Positions 10,001 through 20,592 of a stretch of 50,216 nucleotides of DNA are shown here, piece after piece. Within the stretch, counting starts at the first letter, position 1. Every line of letters starts with the position of its first letter. Origin of the DNA: Rhizaria sp. SCN 62-66 (lineage: Eukaryota); the NCBI GenBank assembly GCA_001724265.1, contig MEDY01000214.1, positions 1-50,216 on the forward strand, in the 5' to 3' direction. The translations under genes were made by a program, and so were the position numbers. The notes under the pieces were generated by a model. The model was not told the origin of the DNA. It searched no databases and saw nothing but the letters and a program-made list of their open reading frames with translations.

Positions 10001-12837
10001 AGGATGAGGGCGAGTTGCTGCCTGTGCGCATGCACCACGGACCCGGCTTCGTCGTCGGCGCCTCGCGCACCGGCGAGAGCGGCGCGCTCGCAAATATGCA
10101 CCTGCGCCTCGACGCGCTCGTCGCCGCCTGGCAGCGCCAAGCCTCCAGCAGCGCCAACAGCAGCGGCGGCAGCGCCAGCAGCAGCGGCTCTGCGTCGACT
10201 GCCGTCGTGGCAGTTGGCGGCGTGAGCGCAGCGGGCGTGAGCGGTCGCGAGGCGCGCATCCTGGACTTCGTGCTGCGCCGCGTGGGCACCTCTGGCGCGA
10301 AGCCGCTCGCGCTGCGCCTGCTGCGGCGCCTCCTGCACTGCCACGCGCCCGGCGTGCCCATCGCCGCGCCCGGGCTAGTCTCGCGCGCCTTTGCCACTGT
10401 GTGCAAGGCGCTGTCGGACGCGCCCCTGGGCCCGGCACCCATGGGCGGGCCCGCGGGCGTGGGCGTGCTGCTCGCGCCACCGCTCGTGCCGCGCGCGCGC
10501 ACACGCACCGTCACCGCGGCCATGGCGGCCGCGGCCGCGGCGGCGCGCAGGCGCAAGGCGCTGCGCAAGCGCGAGAGCGAGAGCGACGACAAAATCAGCG
10601 CCAGCGCCAACGCCAGCGGCAACGCGAGCCCGAGCGTAAGCGTCGGCGACGATGACTTCGGCGTGTTTGACGTGGACGAGGTCGATGACGAAGAGGAAGG
10701 GTCGACTTCGGCCTCTGGCTCCGACAATGACAGCAGCAACAGCAGCAACGACCGTGGCGACGATAGCGACGGGTCGGACACCGAGAACCGCCGCCGCCGC
10801 CGCTCCCGCAGCCACAGCCACCGCCGCCACAGGGACGACGGCTACACGGACGCCTCCGCGTCTGCGTCAGTGCCGTCGGTGCAGGCGCGCACTGTACCCT
10901 CGCGCGGCGCGATGCGACGGCAGCTGCGGCGCGCGCTGGTGACGCCCCCGTTCCACTCGCTCACCTCGTACCCCATCTTCATGCGTCTCTTCGCGCCCAA
11001 GCCCGCGCCCCCGCCCCCGCAGCTCCAGCAGCAGCAGCAGCAGCAGCAGGTGCGCAGCGGCCCTCCCGCCGTCGCAGCGGCACCGGAGGTCTCCGGCGGG
11101 CCCGAGCGGCGCCCGCGCAGCCACAGCCACCACGGCCGCCGTCACCGCCACGGTCACGGCCACGGCAAGCGGTCCCGCGACGACGACCCCTCGCGCGGCC
11201 CGCGGCTGGCCCCGGCCTTCTCACTCGCCGTCGCCGTCACGCCGGGCCCCGGCCCGCGGCTGGCTGCGGGCGCTGTCGGCACGTGTCCGTACCTGGTGCT
11301 CTCGCAGGCCGACATCGCGCGGCGCGTGCTGCTGCCGCTGTGGCGCGCTGGTCACCGCGCCTCGGTCGCCGCCGCCGCCGCCGCGCAGTGGGAGTGGGAG
11401 CGCGCCGGCGGCGTCCCCGCGGCGCCCGCGGCCGTCGCGGCCGCCGAGGCCGAGGCGCGCGCCACCGCCACCGCCACCGCGGCAGCGGCAGCGGCGGCCA
11501 ACAGTAGCAGTGCCAGCAGCAATGGCGAGAGCAGCAACACCGCGAGCCTTGTGCCGTCCGCGTCGGTGTCGAGCAGCAACACGGGCGCGTTGTCGGCCGT
11601 GGTCGCCGCCGCGGGCGCAGCCCCCTGGCGCATCCACAGTCTGCTCGCGCGCTACCGGCTCGAGGAGCGCGCGCGCCTGGCGCCGGCCACCTGCGCGCAG
11701 CCTGCGCCCAGCGACGCGCGCCCGCACTCGCACCGGCGCCGCGCGCTCGCCGCCGACGGCTGCGGCGGCGCCAACGACAGCGGCCGGCGGCGCGTGCGCG
11801 GCGCGGCTGGCGACGACGGCGCTGCGGGCGCGCACGGCCGCTCGCAGGTGGTCTTCGGCGGCACCGAGTACGTGCGCGCGCTGCTGCGCTGGGGGCTGCG
11901 CGTGGAGCCCGTGGTGACGCACGCGTACTTCGCGCTCCTCGCGCGCGGGCTTGGTCTCGCCGCCGCCGCTCAGCCACCGCCGATGCCGCGCCTCGCGCTC
12001 GCTAGATGCGACGACGCCGCGGTGGACGCCACGGGTGACGTGGGCGGCAGAGCGGTCGCGGGCGCGCTGAACGACGACGTGCTGCCGCTGGACCTATCGG
12101 ACCTGCACCTCACGCTACAGTACCAGGTCGTGAGCGACTCGCTCTACGTGGCCGACGCACTGGCCGAGACCGGCGATTGCGACCTACGCCGCACGCGCAT
12201 GCGCGTTGCCACCGCCTCCGCCGCCGCCGCGGTCGCCGCCGCCACCGCCGCCGCCAACGCGCACAACAACAACAGCGTCGCCGAGGCGGCGGACGCCACG
12301 GACGTCGGCATCGACCTCAACAAGGCCGCCGCTGACCTCGGCAACGGTGTCACCAGCTCAAGCACTAGCGTTAATGTGAGCTCTAGCACGAACGCTGCGC
12401 TGCTGCGGTCACTGGCGCCGCCCGAGACGAGCCTGGACTCGTACTCGGACCCCGCGGGCACGCAGCTCGCGCTGGATCTCTACCTGCGGCTGGGCGCGTC
12501 GGCGCGCATCCTGAAGCTGTACCTCTCGCGCGCGCTGGTCGTGCCCGCGCTGCGCCTGGTGTCCCCGCGTTCCCCACTCTTCGCGCAGCCGGGGCTCGGC
12601 GCGGGGGACTTCCTCCGCGCCGCGCTCGCCGCGCCCGCGCTGCCGCCCGTCGTCGCCGCCGCCACGGGCGCGCCCGGCGGGCTGAGTGTTGTCGACAAGG
12701 TCACGGTGTACAGCGTAGTGAGGTTCTTCCAGCAGCGCAACGTGGCACTGCGCGGGACGCCCGCGTTCATGCCCGAGGACGGCTGCGGCGAGTACCTGCC
12801 GGCAGTCGCCGCCATGTTCCCTAACCTCGTGCTCTAA
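7042..12837 (+). CDS. RMC1: Regulator of MON1-CCZ1 complex (RMC1/C18orf8/Mic1 family); about 1931 aa, greatly expanded by low-complexity inserts
   Basis: N-terminal RVFFDSLHQEVILLR and ISHDYSLLALRTSDKDV. C-terminal Mic1 blocks EYVRALL, LHLTLQYQVVSDS, QLALDLYLRL, FLRAAL and VYSVVRFFQQRNVALRGTPAF..EDGCGEY resemble human FYTIFRFFEQRNQRLRGSPNF..GEHCEEH. Single uninterrupted ORF from the first ATG at 7042. Confidence 0.85.
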   Translation: MASTRSAAVPVAPAHVGLGASVVWYTAPPADAAAAAAARGAEPPAAPLHPALALLPPGASFPPSSYAALAASSSASSPSASASSASSFSGTRVFFDSLHQEVILLRGSPPTEAFLSHRPTGRWRRFPLSFPDDPYILDAQISHDYSLLALRTSDKDVRIHDLSPVGKGAMVESRSCRGSLSSMLAVHWLPPTTHAATATAAAAQQQACASVALSAAAALPPGHPLSAAAAAIARHTANGALQPSNLSLTHAGAVAGGGSAGGSDPALADPFAVPLPALTVVPEHSDPSAVPGSLYQSQAASSSSAADAAASAAQSDSESAGEGRDAMYGVAAAIARTYARHQARLQRSRLRAAAAAAEAAVAAATAAGLPPPALAATAAADASEAVARAEAQLRLAGELVDGDDDNHDDGDNDAVEDSIEDMLAMGLLPTAFAPWPSSGNANALTHAGSNLEAEEDDDDEDEDNDDDDDDDDEDSEDTGVTALTATVREPQSLMFVTSLGVELHRMRQAGLSRTKTYALAIADHWWLAPPLDASAATRRGLAHAARRPVLPAAAPVPALLVVVSEDGVFHGLRAAAGALAKLCKFELDYGTPAAGDDNGDGDNDDTDDNEQEAKADADKSTEDGATAKSSASVVKSQQPTDAAGDDNDNADEGNDGNSQTDGKTATASSSSSSSSKTNSKSSAWAADLGHGVVRRDGSVRAIGGGLTVGGGLVAGAGNAQLGPTVVISSSSANTGSPSTAVTAASGRASASASGYRLSLARLSGRAYCVLHDEVRGVVFLLAHTLPALAPHAAAHHGAGHSAAAAAAAAAAGGGGLVQTHVLTLPQAGRHAIAVVDDTLVAVSLRDDAVSVFDVAPVSPAAAAAIAAGLPGSAVRRCEPVVVASALGQFALTSHYHHHHHSHGHGRGRSHHHHHSHRSGRRHGRSDGAGDDSGGGVSGSESESRSRSQSRSRSRSRSRQPKDTFTVSAGAGASVRERGAAGGAADEEDEGELLPVRMHHGPGFVVGASRTGESGALANMHLRLDALVAAWQRQASSSANSSGGSASSSGSASTAVVAVGGVSAAGVSGREARILDFVLRRVGTSGAKPLALRLLRRLLHCHAPGVPIAAPGLVSRAFATVCKALSDAPLGPAPMGGPAGVGVLLAPPLVPRARTRTVTAAMAAAAAAARRRKALRKRESESDDKISASANASGNASPSVSVGDDDFGVFDVDEVDDEEEGSTSASGSDNDSSNSSNDRGDDSDGSDTENRRRRRSRSHSHRRHRDDGYTDASASASVPSVQARTVPSRGAMRRQLRRALVTPPFHSLTSYPIFMRLFAPKPAPPPPQLQQQQQQQQVRSGPPAVAAAPEVSGGPERRPRSHSHHGRRHRHGHGHGKRSRDDDPSRGPRLAPAFSLAVAVTPGPGPRLAAGAVGTCPYLVLSQADIARRVLLPLWRAGHRASVAAAAAAQWEWERAGGVPAAPAAVAAAEAEARATATATAAAAAAANSSSASSNGESSNTASLVPSASVSSSNTGALSAVVAAAGAAPWRIHSLLARYRLEERARLAPATCAQPAPSDARPHSHRRRALAADGCGGANDSGRRRVRGAAGDDGAAGAHGRSQVVFGGTEYVRALLRWGLRVEPVVTHAYFALLARGLGLAAAAQPPPMPRLALARCDDAAVDATGDVGGRAVAGALNDDVLPLDLSDLHLTLQYQVVSDSLYVADALAETGDCDLRRTRMRVATASAAAAVAAATAAANAHNNNSVAEAADATDVGIDLNKAAADLGNGVTSSSTSVNVSSSTNAALLRSLAPPETSLDSYSDPAGTQLALDLYLRLGASARILKLYLSRALVVPALRLVSPRSPLFAQPGLGAGDFLRAALAAPALPPVVAAATGAPGGLSVVDKVTVYSVVRFFQQRNVALRGTPAFMPEDGCGEYLPAVAAMFPNLVL

Positions 12838-13442
12838 GGCATGCTGTTAAGTGAGTGCGACTTGAAATGACAATGTGCTTTTGCGTTTTATTGTGTCAAA
12901 GGAGCGAAGACACTTGCTATATATATAATTGTATTGCAGATATGTACGTAGTATTGGTTGAATGCAGTTTAGAATTCTTGGTTTGTTTGTATTTTGACTA
13001 GAGTATATCAAGCAAGAGATCTTGGTTGATTGAGTGTCACGCGTGCTTAAGAATGCGTCATCCATATAAACCATAAAGAAGTCATTATTCGTTTAAACGA
13101 ACAAGCTTGTGGTAAATTATTGCGCATGTTTGAAATGATAATGTAAATGCAGCTTGTTTGTCAAACGTCGCGATATGCATTATTTTAAAACAGTTCAAAA
13201 TGTACGGATGCAGTGCAACGGGTGGGAGAGGCAAAACCGTTGTGGTGTTTTGAACAGCCCTTTTTAAAAGCATATCATGTGCTCTGAACCTCTCGTCAAA
13301 TCGTCTGTTGCTACATTGCCCTTTCAATCACTTAATTTATAATACTCCTCTCTTATTATTCATTCTTCCGTTGCGTAGCCATAGCGTTTATCCAAGTCAA
13401 AGCGAGCCCCTGCACCAACAGCTCGTCCTCTGCTTTTTCTCC

Positions 13443-16322
13443 ATGGCGTCCCTCACGCCGTTCGGCCGCTCCACGCAGGCCCGGACAGGCCCGGCCACCG
13501 GCTTTGTGAACCCGACGTCCCCGATGTTTTCTTCCCCCTCGGGTGCCTACAAGGGCCCCAACAGCGTTTTCGGCTCTGCACGCCCTCCTGGAGCTGTCGG
13601 AGCAAGCGACGACTCGCCCGCGTGCGACTCGTCCTCCTCCGGGGCCGCTGCAGCGGGCGCAGTGACTCTGAGCATGGTGACCGGCGCGATCCGCAAGAAG
13701 TTTGGCGGCGCCGTTGATGTTGACGCCGCCACGGCTTACTTCTCGCAGCTGCATCTCACCGGGCGCGGCCTCACGCGCATCGCGCCCCTCCTGCCCCCCG
13801 CCCCCGCGAACGCCAACAGTAGCAGCAGCACTAGCAGCGAAGGCGGCGACGACACGGCTCCCGTGGCCGTGGCGGCGCCGACGCGCGCGGTGTCATTTCT
13901 GCAGTCGTGTCTGAAGCTCTCGCAGGCGTACTTCGATCACAACTCGCTCGTTGACATCACCGGACTCGCCGCGGCCGCGCCGGGGCTCACCGCGCTCTCC
14001 CTACGCGACAACGCGCTGTCCTCGGGGGTGACGCCCGAGCTGGGCCGCCTCCGCGCGCTTAAGAGCGTGCAGTTGGGCGGCAACGGCGTCCGCGTCGTCG
14101 CTGGGCTCGAGCTCGCGTACATGCCCCCCGAAAACGGCGACGACGGCGGCGCAGGCAGCTACAACGACGTCGACGTTGGCATCAGCGACCTCAACCTCGC
14201 CAACCAAAGCGCTGCCGTGTACACCGGCGCCTTCTGCAGCGCCACGCCCGCCGTGGACCCCGCCAGCACGGCGCACGGGCGCGCGCTGGCCGCGGCGCCG
14301 GCTGCGCTGTCTCAGCAGCTGCTGGCGTCGTCGCTCATCGCGGGCGCCGCCGAATACCTGGAGGACCCGCTGGGGCGCGTCGGTGGGCCCTACGTGCTGC
14401 GCGCCGGCGCCCCGCGCGTGGTGTTCTCGGCGCGCAGCATCGCCGCGCTGGCGCCAACGCTACGTGCGCTGGACCTGAGCCACAACGGCATCGACTCGCT
14501 CCAGGCCATGGGCGACTACGATGCCTCGGCTGCGCTCGACTGCAAAGAGAACAACAACGGCGACCCTGGCGACGGCCACGGTCAGTCTGCAGCGGAGGTT
14601 GGCGACGGCAACGACGACAACGGCGACGCTGACGCGGCTGCACTGAAGCCGCGCCGGCCCTCCGCCCCGCGCAGCGGCGTGCTGGGCTACATCTGGGACT
14701 TGTCCAACTTGATCTCGCTCAACCTTTCAGGCAACAACCTGACGGACCTGACCGAGGTGGTGCAGCTCTGCCGCGGCTGCCCCGGCCTGCGCTCTCTTAA
14801 CCTCTCGGGCAACCCGGTCGCGAAGCTCAAGCGCTGCCGCGAGATGGCCATCCTGCTGTGTCCGTCTCTGTCGCTGCTCGACGACAAGCCCGTGCTGCCG
14901 CAGGAGCGCGAGTTCTACCTCGCGCAGCGCCGCCACCGCAACCAGTCCGCCGACGCCGCCGCCGACGCTGCCGCCACGGCCGCGGCCGCGCGCAGGCACA
15001 ACGCCGCCTTCGCGGCAGCAATGGCCTCGGCGACGGGGCCCGATCCGGCGCGCGAAGTTGCCGCCGCCGCGCGCGCGCCCAGCTTCCCCGTCACGCGCGC
15101 GGGGCAGCCGATCGACCTGTACCCGGCGGGCGGGCTGCTCGGCAACGGCGGGCTGGGTGAGCACAACGGCGGCACCGGCCCCGCCGCCAGGGACGCGCGC
15201 GCGCGGGGCTTCTGTGCCGTCGGCAACAGCCTCAGCGCATCGACGCCCACCGGCGCGAGCGCTGCTGCTGTTGCTGCTGCTGGTGGCGCTGCGACGACTG
15301 GGACGGGAGCCAAGTTCGGCCGCCGGTCGCGGCAAAACAGCGCCAACGTCACCACGCGCAACAACAATACCCCGGCCACGCTCTCCACCGACCACACACA
15401 CGCGCACGCGCACGGCCACGGCCACGGCGCCGGCGCTGCTGAGAGCGGGGCGGCGGAGTCTGGCATGACCGGGACGGGCGTGGTGTCCGCGCTGCACCCG
15501 GCGGCGACGGGCTACTCCACCGCCAGCGCTGCCATGCCGGCGCGCCTGCCCTACTCGCCGCAGGCCGTGCGCCCCGGACCCACGCTCCACACTCAGACCG
15601 TCGGCGGTAGCCACGGCGGCCACGCAGGCCACAGCGCGGGTGGATATGCCGGCGCCTACGGCGGCGGTGGTGGCTACGGCGGAGGCGCAAGCTACGGCGC
15701 TGGCGCTGGCGCTGGTGCTGGCGCAGGGGGATATAACTACCCCAGCGCCAGTGGCAGCAGCGCCGGTAGCGGCAGCGGCGGTGGCTACGCCTTCCTGAAC
15801 CGCGGCGGCAACGGTGCCGGCAGCGGTCCAAGCGCCGCGCCGTCCTGGGCCGCCTCGCCGGGCTCCCCCTCGGCGACCTCGCCCACCGCGAGCAGCAGCA
15901 GCAGCCCCGGTGCTGGCGCTGGCGCGGGCGCGGGGACTGTGATGATGTCCGCAGGCGTCAACGGCGCCGGTGCGCCCGCCGCGCTGCCCGTCGCCGGCGG
16001 CCGGCCCGCCTTCGGCAGCGCGCTCACCCGCCCCGCGCGTGGGCCATTCCCGGCTAACCCCGGTCCGGCGACGGGCGGCGCGCCCGGCGGGTTCGGTGCC
16101 AACCGCGGCGTGGGCGGCTACGGCGGCGGCGGCGGGGCCGGCCGCGGCGGGGCGCTGTTCATCAAGCGGACGAATCAGTCTTCGGTGGACATGACCGCGG
16201 CGATGAACGCCGACCGCGACGAGGGCGCTGAGCAGCAACAGCACTACGGGGCCGGAGGCTCTAGTGCTGGTGCTGGTATGGGAAGCAGTCCCAAGGTGGC
16301 AGTGAAGCAAGTGCGCTTTTGA
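13443..16322 (+). CDS. PPP1R42: Leucine-rich repeat protein, PPP1R42/LRRC67 (TLRR)-like, with a long G/A/S-rich tail; about 959 aa
   Basis: SDS22-type LRRs in PPP1R42 order: LKSVQLGGNGVRVVAGLE, LNLANQ, VFSARSIAALAPTLRALDLSHNGID (cf. [25 protein letters not shown]), and LRSLNLSGNPV...PSLSLLDDKPVLPQEREF (LRRcap). First ATG at 13443. Confidence 0.75.
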   Translation: MASLTPFGRSTQARTGPATGFVNPTSPMFSSPSGAYKGPNSVFGSARPPGAVGASDDSPACDSSSSGAAAAGAVTLSMVTGAIRKKFGGAVDVDAATAYFSQLHLTGRGLTRIAPLLPPAPANANSSSSTSSEGGDDTAPVAVAAPTRAVSFLQSCLKLSQAYFDHNSLVDITGLAAAAPGLTALSLRDNALSSGVTPELGRLRALKSVQLGGNGVRVVAGLELAYMPPENGDDGGAGSYNDVDVGISDLNLANQSAAVYTGAFCSATPAVDPASTAHGRALAAAPAALSQQLLASSLIAGAAEYLEDPLGRVGGPYVLRAGAPRVVFSARSIAALAPTLRALDLSHNGIDSLQAMGDYDASAALDCKENNNGDPGDGHGQSAAEVGDGNDDNGDADAAALKPRRPSAPRSGVLGYIWDLSNLISLNLSGNNLTDLTEVVQLCRGCPGLRSLNLSGNPVAKLKRCREMAILLCPSLSLLDDKPVLPQEREFYLAQRRHRNQSADAAADAAATAAAARRHNAAFAAAMASATGPDPAREVAAAARAPSFPVTRAGQPIDLYPAGGLLGNGGLGEHNGGTGPAARDARARGFCAVGNSLSASTPTGASAAAVAAAGGAATTGTGAKFGRRSRQNSANVTTRNNNTPATLSTDHTHAHAHGHGHGAGAAESGAAESGMTGTGVVSALHPAATGYSTASAAMPARLPYSPQAVRPGPTLHTQTVGGSHGGHAGHSAGGYAGAYGGGGGYGGGASYGAGAGAGAGAGGYNYPSASGSSAGSGSGGGYAFLNRGGNGAGSGPSAAPSWAASPGSPSATSPTASSSSSPGAGAGAGAGTVMMSAGVNGAGAPAALPVAGGRPAFGSALTRPARGPFPANPGPATGGAPGGFGANRGVGGYGGGGGAGRGGALFIKRTNQSSVDMTAAMNADRDEGAEQQQHYGAGGSSAGAGMGSSPKVAVKQVRF

Positions 16323-16589
16323 ACAGAACAATATTAATCGTTGATGAAGGGGCCATATTGTGACGAGTGAGTTGTGAAATCGAGAGTGTATTTCAATCGT
16401 GTCTTTTGTTTTCACAAAAGCGAACGAGTCATGAGACGCTCTTCTTAGCGTGAATAAATAATATTTAGAAATAGTTAATAGATAATCTGACATTATCATA
16501 TAAATACAGTTAGAGTTCAAAAACCAAAGCAAGGCGTCACACACGATGCAACATCGTTTTTTTCCTTAGCGTCCTTCGGGCAAGTGTTT

Positions 16590-19500
16590 TTACTTCCTGC
16601 TGTTTTTGAACTCATCCATGGCGGCGGCCTCCCTGCGCGCGTCTCTGCCGGCCTTGCCGCCGCTGAGCGCGCTGGCGACGATGGGCATGACTGCCGCGAC
16701 TGCCGCGCGCTCGGTCTCGCCGGAGCGGCGGATGCGGACCTCGAGCGCGACAACCTTGGAGACCTGGTACGCCGTCATGATGGCGACCGAGACAGGTAGA
16801 TACGACAGCGTGCGCGGGACGACGCCAGCCATGAGCGCGCGCGGGCCCTCTTCGGTGAGCAGCCGCGTGAGCAGCACGCGCATGGTGAGCCCGTCGCCGC
16901 GGCGCGCGAGGACCATGAGGCGCGTGCGGCACACGTCGACAGGGTTCGTCAGCACGATCGACGCAACGCCCGCCAGCGCGGCGGCCAGATGCTGCACCCA
17001 CCAGGGATGCTCCTCGAGCAGCGCCACGCAGCGCGGCGACAGCAGCGGCGGCGTCAGCGCGGTCCCCGTCGACAAGAACGACAGCGAACCTGGCGCCGCG
17101 CGCATCCAGGACACGGTCGCCGTCAGCGGCGCCAGCGCCTCCATGAACAGCGAGAAGGTGCCCCACCAGACGGCGGACGAGGTCGAGAAGAGGAACGCCG
17201 AGGCCACGACGCCGCGGTAGAAGGCGCCGATGCCGTCCGCGCGGTAGATGTCCCGAGCCAGCGCTAGCGACGGCAGCCGCCACGGCGACAGCGGGCCCGG
17301 GGCCGGCTGCTGCGCGCGCGCCGCCGCGGCAGCGAGCGCCGTCGCGGACGCGGCCGCGGTCGGCGGGGCAGTGGCCGCGGCAGCGGCGGGCAGGACGGGA
17401 ACCGCGGCGGCGGCGGCCCTGGCGGTCTCGAGCGCGGCCGCGGTCGCCGCGGAGGCCGTGACGGGCGGGAGCACTGCGGGCACCGCGGCGGAGACCGAGG
17501 CGGGGAGGCTCTTGCCCAGCGCAGTGCGCAGCCCGAAGCGGCGGCGGCGCACCGCAGCCGCGATGCTCGACGTTGTCTGCGATAGAGAACCGTACGCCGA
17601 GCCCGCCGGAGCCGGAGCCGGAGCGGACGCGGGCGCGGGCGCGGGCGCAACGGCAGGAGCGGCGACAGCGGCGACAGGCACTGCGGCAGCCGGAACGGGA
17701 GCTGTGGGAGCGGCTGTGGCGGAGCTAGAGGCGCCAAAGCGAGCGAGCATGCGGGAAATCAGGCTGCCGTTGCTCTGCGGCGCCTGTGTCTGCGCAATCG
17801 TCGCTGTCGTCGCTGCCGGCGCCGCGCCGGCAGCGCCTGCAGGGGCGGCGGCGGGCGGCGCCGCGGGAGCAGCAGCGGCGGGCGCAACAGCAGCAGGAGC
17901 AGCAGGGACGGAGACAGGCTTACCAGCAGCAGCAGGCACAGCCGCAGCCGTTGCCGCGGGCGCAGAGGCATGTGCTGCCGCAGGCGCAGCAGCAGCAGCG
18001 GCGACAGGAGCACTCGCCGTCGTCGCCGCAGCCGGTGCAGCGGCAGTTGTCGCAGGCGCAGCAGGGGCAGCAGCAGGAGCGGCAGCGGCAGCGGCGGCAG
18101 GAGCGACGGCTGGGGCCGCGGGGGGAGGCGCGGTCTGTGCCGGCTTGGCCACGAACTCGGTCAGCGGCGCCATTGGGGCCACAGCAGCCTGCGCGGCGGC
18201 CACTACCGACGCCGCCGCCGCCGCCGCCGCTGGCTCCACGGCCGCCACCGCGGCGGCGTTGGTCGCGGCGGCCGCGGCGGTCGCGGCGGCAGACGCGGCG
18301 GCGGACGCGGCAGTCGCGGCCGTGGCTGCGGCGGTCGCGGCCGCGGTCGCTGCGGTAGTCGCGGCGGACGCGGCAGTGGCGGCCGTCGCGGCGGCGGCCG
18401 GCAAGACGGTCGCAGCAAGAGTCGCCGCGGCAGCGGGGGCGGCGGGGGCGGGGCGCGGCAAGGGCAGGGGGTTTAGAGTGCGGCGGCCAGGGCCAGCGCC
18501 AACCGAGGCCGCGTGCGCCGCGGCGTTGGACGGCGCAGCGGCGCCACCGCCCCCGGCCCCGGCAGCAGTCGTGGCGGGGGCGGCAATGGCGGGGGCGGCG
18601 GGCGCGGCGGCGTTGGCGGCGACGGCGGAGGAGGCTGGGACCACGTTGGGCGCAGCAGCGGCGGCACCAGCGGGCGCAGCGGCAACTGGGGCAGCGGCAC
18701 CGGGGGCAGCGGCTGCCACGGGGGCGGGGGTCGGCTGCAGCGTGTGGCCGTGGCCGTGGCCGTGGCCGTGGTGACCGTGAGCGTGGCCGTGGCCGGCACG
18801 AGCGTTGTGGCCCGTAGCAGCAGCAGTGCCAGCAGCTGTGGTGGCAGGCGTGGTCGTTGCGGCGGGAACGGGCGCCCCGCCCGCGGCCACAGCGGCCGCG
18901 GCCGCGGCGGCCCCCGCAGCGGTGACGGCCTCAGCCGCGGCCGCCGCGGTGACTGCCGCCGCCGAGGCCGCGGTCGCCGCAGCCGTGGCCGCCGCAGCCG
19001 CCGCGGCCGCGACACGGGGCGCGCGCAGGGCCGTGTTCTCCGCGGCGCGCGCGCGCGACTGCACCATGAGGCGCTGAACGACAATGTCGATAGGGTTGCA
19101 GATGGCCTGGTAAGCGAAGGACGCGCCGAAGCCCGCCAGCGCGTCGCGTGCGGGGTCGATGGCAGCCTCGGGGATGCGTTGGTACACGTCGTTGGCCGTC
19201 TTGATTAGCGAGCGCAAATGCTCGTACATCCAGAAGTAGATCTGGCGCAGCGCCGTGTGCGCCAGCGAGGGTGCGAAGCCGCGGAAAAGCCCGCGCACGC
19301 CCTCGGTGGCCAGGATCGACCGCAGAATCGGGATCGAGCGCGGCAGGTTGCCCTCGCGGGACGCCTTGAGGTCCGTCTGGATGCGCGTTTTGACTGTAAA
19401 CGAGGGGGTCGGAAAAACAACAGATAAGAGGAAAATCAAGACAAAAACGTTAGAATTAATATCAATAAAAAACAGAAATTAAATCTTATGGAAGACATCA

Positions 19501-20592
19501 TGATGCACATTCATAGCTTTGTTCCGATATGGTGATGACATGAGGGCACGTACTAAGCGTGGACGGGTACGCGATGACGCGGACGCAGAGGAAAAGCACG
19601 CCGGAGCACAGCAGGAAGGCCGTCTCGTCGATGTCGCGCATGTCCAGCTGTCGGATCCCCACGCCCGTGTTGTTGCCAGAGCTGTTGCCGGCGGGGGTGG
19701 CGACCGTGGGTGTGGGGGCGACGGTTGCGCCGGTCGCGGAGCTAGAGCTGGGGCTGGAGCTGGAGTGGGCGCCCGCATCAGTGCTCATAGTAGGACTAGC
19801 GGCGCTAGCTGCAGGGCTCGCGGCGCTCGTGCTAGGGCTGGGTTGCGCGGGCAGTGCCGCAGCCACAGCAACAGTAGCCACAGCATCAGCACTGGCAGGG
19901 GCAATGGCAGCGGGCGAAGCAGTCACTCCACTGGGAGCGACGCTGCCAGTGGGAGCGACGCTGCCGGTCGTCGCGGTCGCACTCGCGGGCGCACTCGCAG
20001 CCTGCTGAGCCTGCGCCTGTTCAGTCCCGCGCTGCTTCACTGCCTGTCCTTGCTGCTCTTGCTCTTGTTGTGGTTGCTGTCGTTGCTGTGGCTGCTGTTC
20101 GATTCCGGAGGCGTAGACGGTGAGCGCGTGCGAGAAGCGGGCGTAGCTGAGCGAGGGGATAAAGAACTCGCGCACCGAGGGCAACGCCCACGCCGCAGAG
20201 GCGGCCGCGGACGGGGCGCCAAACGCGGGGGTTGTCGAGACAGCTGCAGCATGGGCAGGCACAGCAAAAGCAGAGGCGGAGGCGGAGGCGGAAGCAGAGG
20301 CAGAAGCAGAGCTGCCGTTGTGAGCAACAGAATCCTTCAGGGAAGTGTAGGGAAACATGTGCGGATGCAGCAGGCTCACGTGGGGGCGGTCGGGGCCGTA
20401 GAACGCCATCGCAGCAGCAGAAGTTGAAGCCGCATCAGAGCCGGCAGCCGCGGTGGCTTGAGCAGCGTTTGAGCTGACACCGGCAGCAAGCAAAGACTCG
20501 GACGATGTACTGACGGCCAGGACAAGCGCAGATGTGTGCAGCGCGTTGGGAGTCTGCGCAACAGCGCCTGCAGCGGCAGTGGGCTGGCTCAT
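16590..20592 (-). CDS. Mitochondrial carrier, SLC25A44-like; 2 exons (20592-19554, 19393-16590), about 1280 aa if the 20592 start is used
   Basis: Three carrier repeats: YPSTL|IKTRIQ...EGVRGLFRGF, NPIDIVVQRLMVQ...DGIGAFYRG, NPVDVCRTRLMV...EGPRALMAG. The segment LDMRDIDETAF...VRVIAYPSTLIKTRIQ resembles the SLC25A44 N-terminus. A 160-nt GTACGT...TTTACAG intron (19553-19394) joins the first signature motif. The start codon is uncertain. Confidence 0.85.
18744..18767 (-). repeat. (GGCCAC)4 hexanucleotide repeat encoding (GH)n in the carrier insert
   Basis: Plus strand (GTGGCC)4, read directly. Confidence 0.9.

Noticed and set aside
17271..19058. Inserts as inteins or canonical introns
   Set aside because: No Cys/Ser...His-Asn intein ends or Hint motifs. 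No organism-type donor at the insert start (a GTTCGT at 18156 is mid-insert), and the composition is unlike the real introns.
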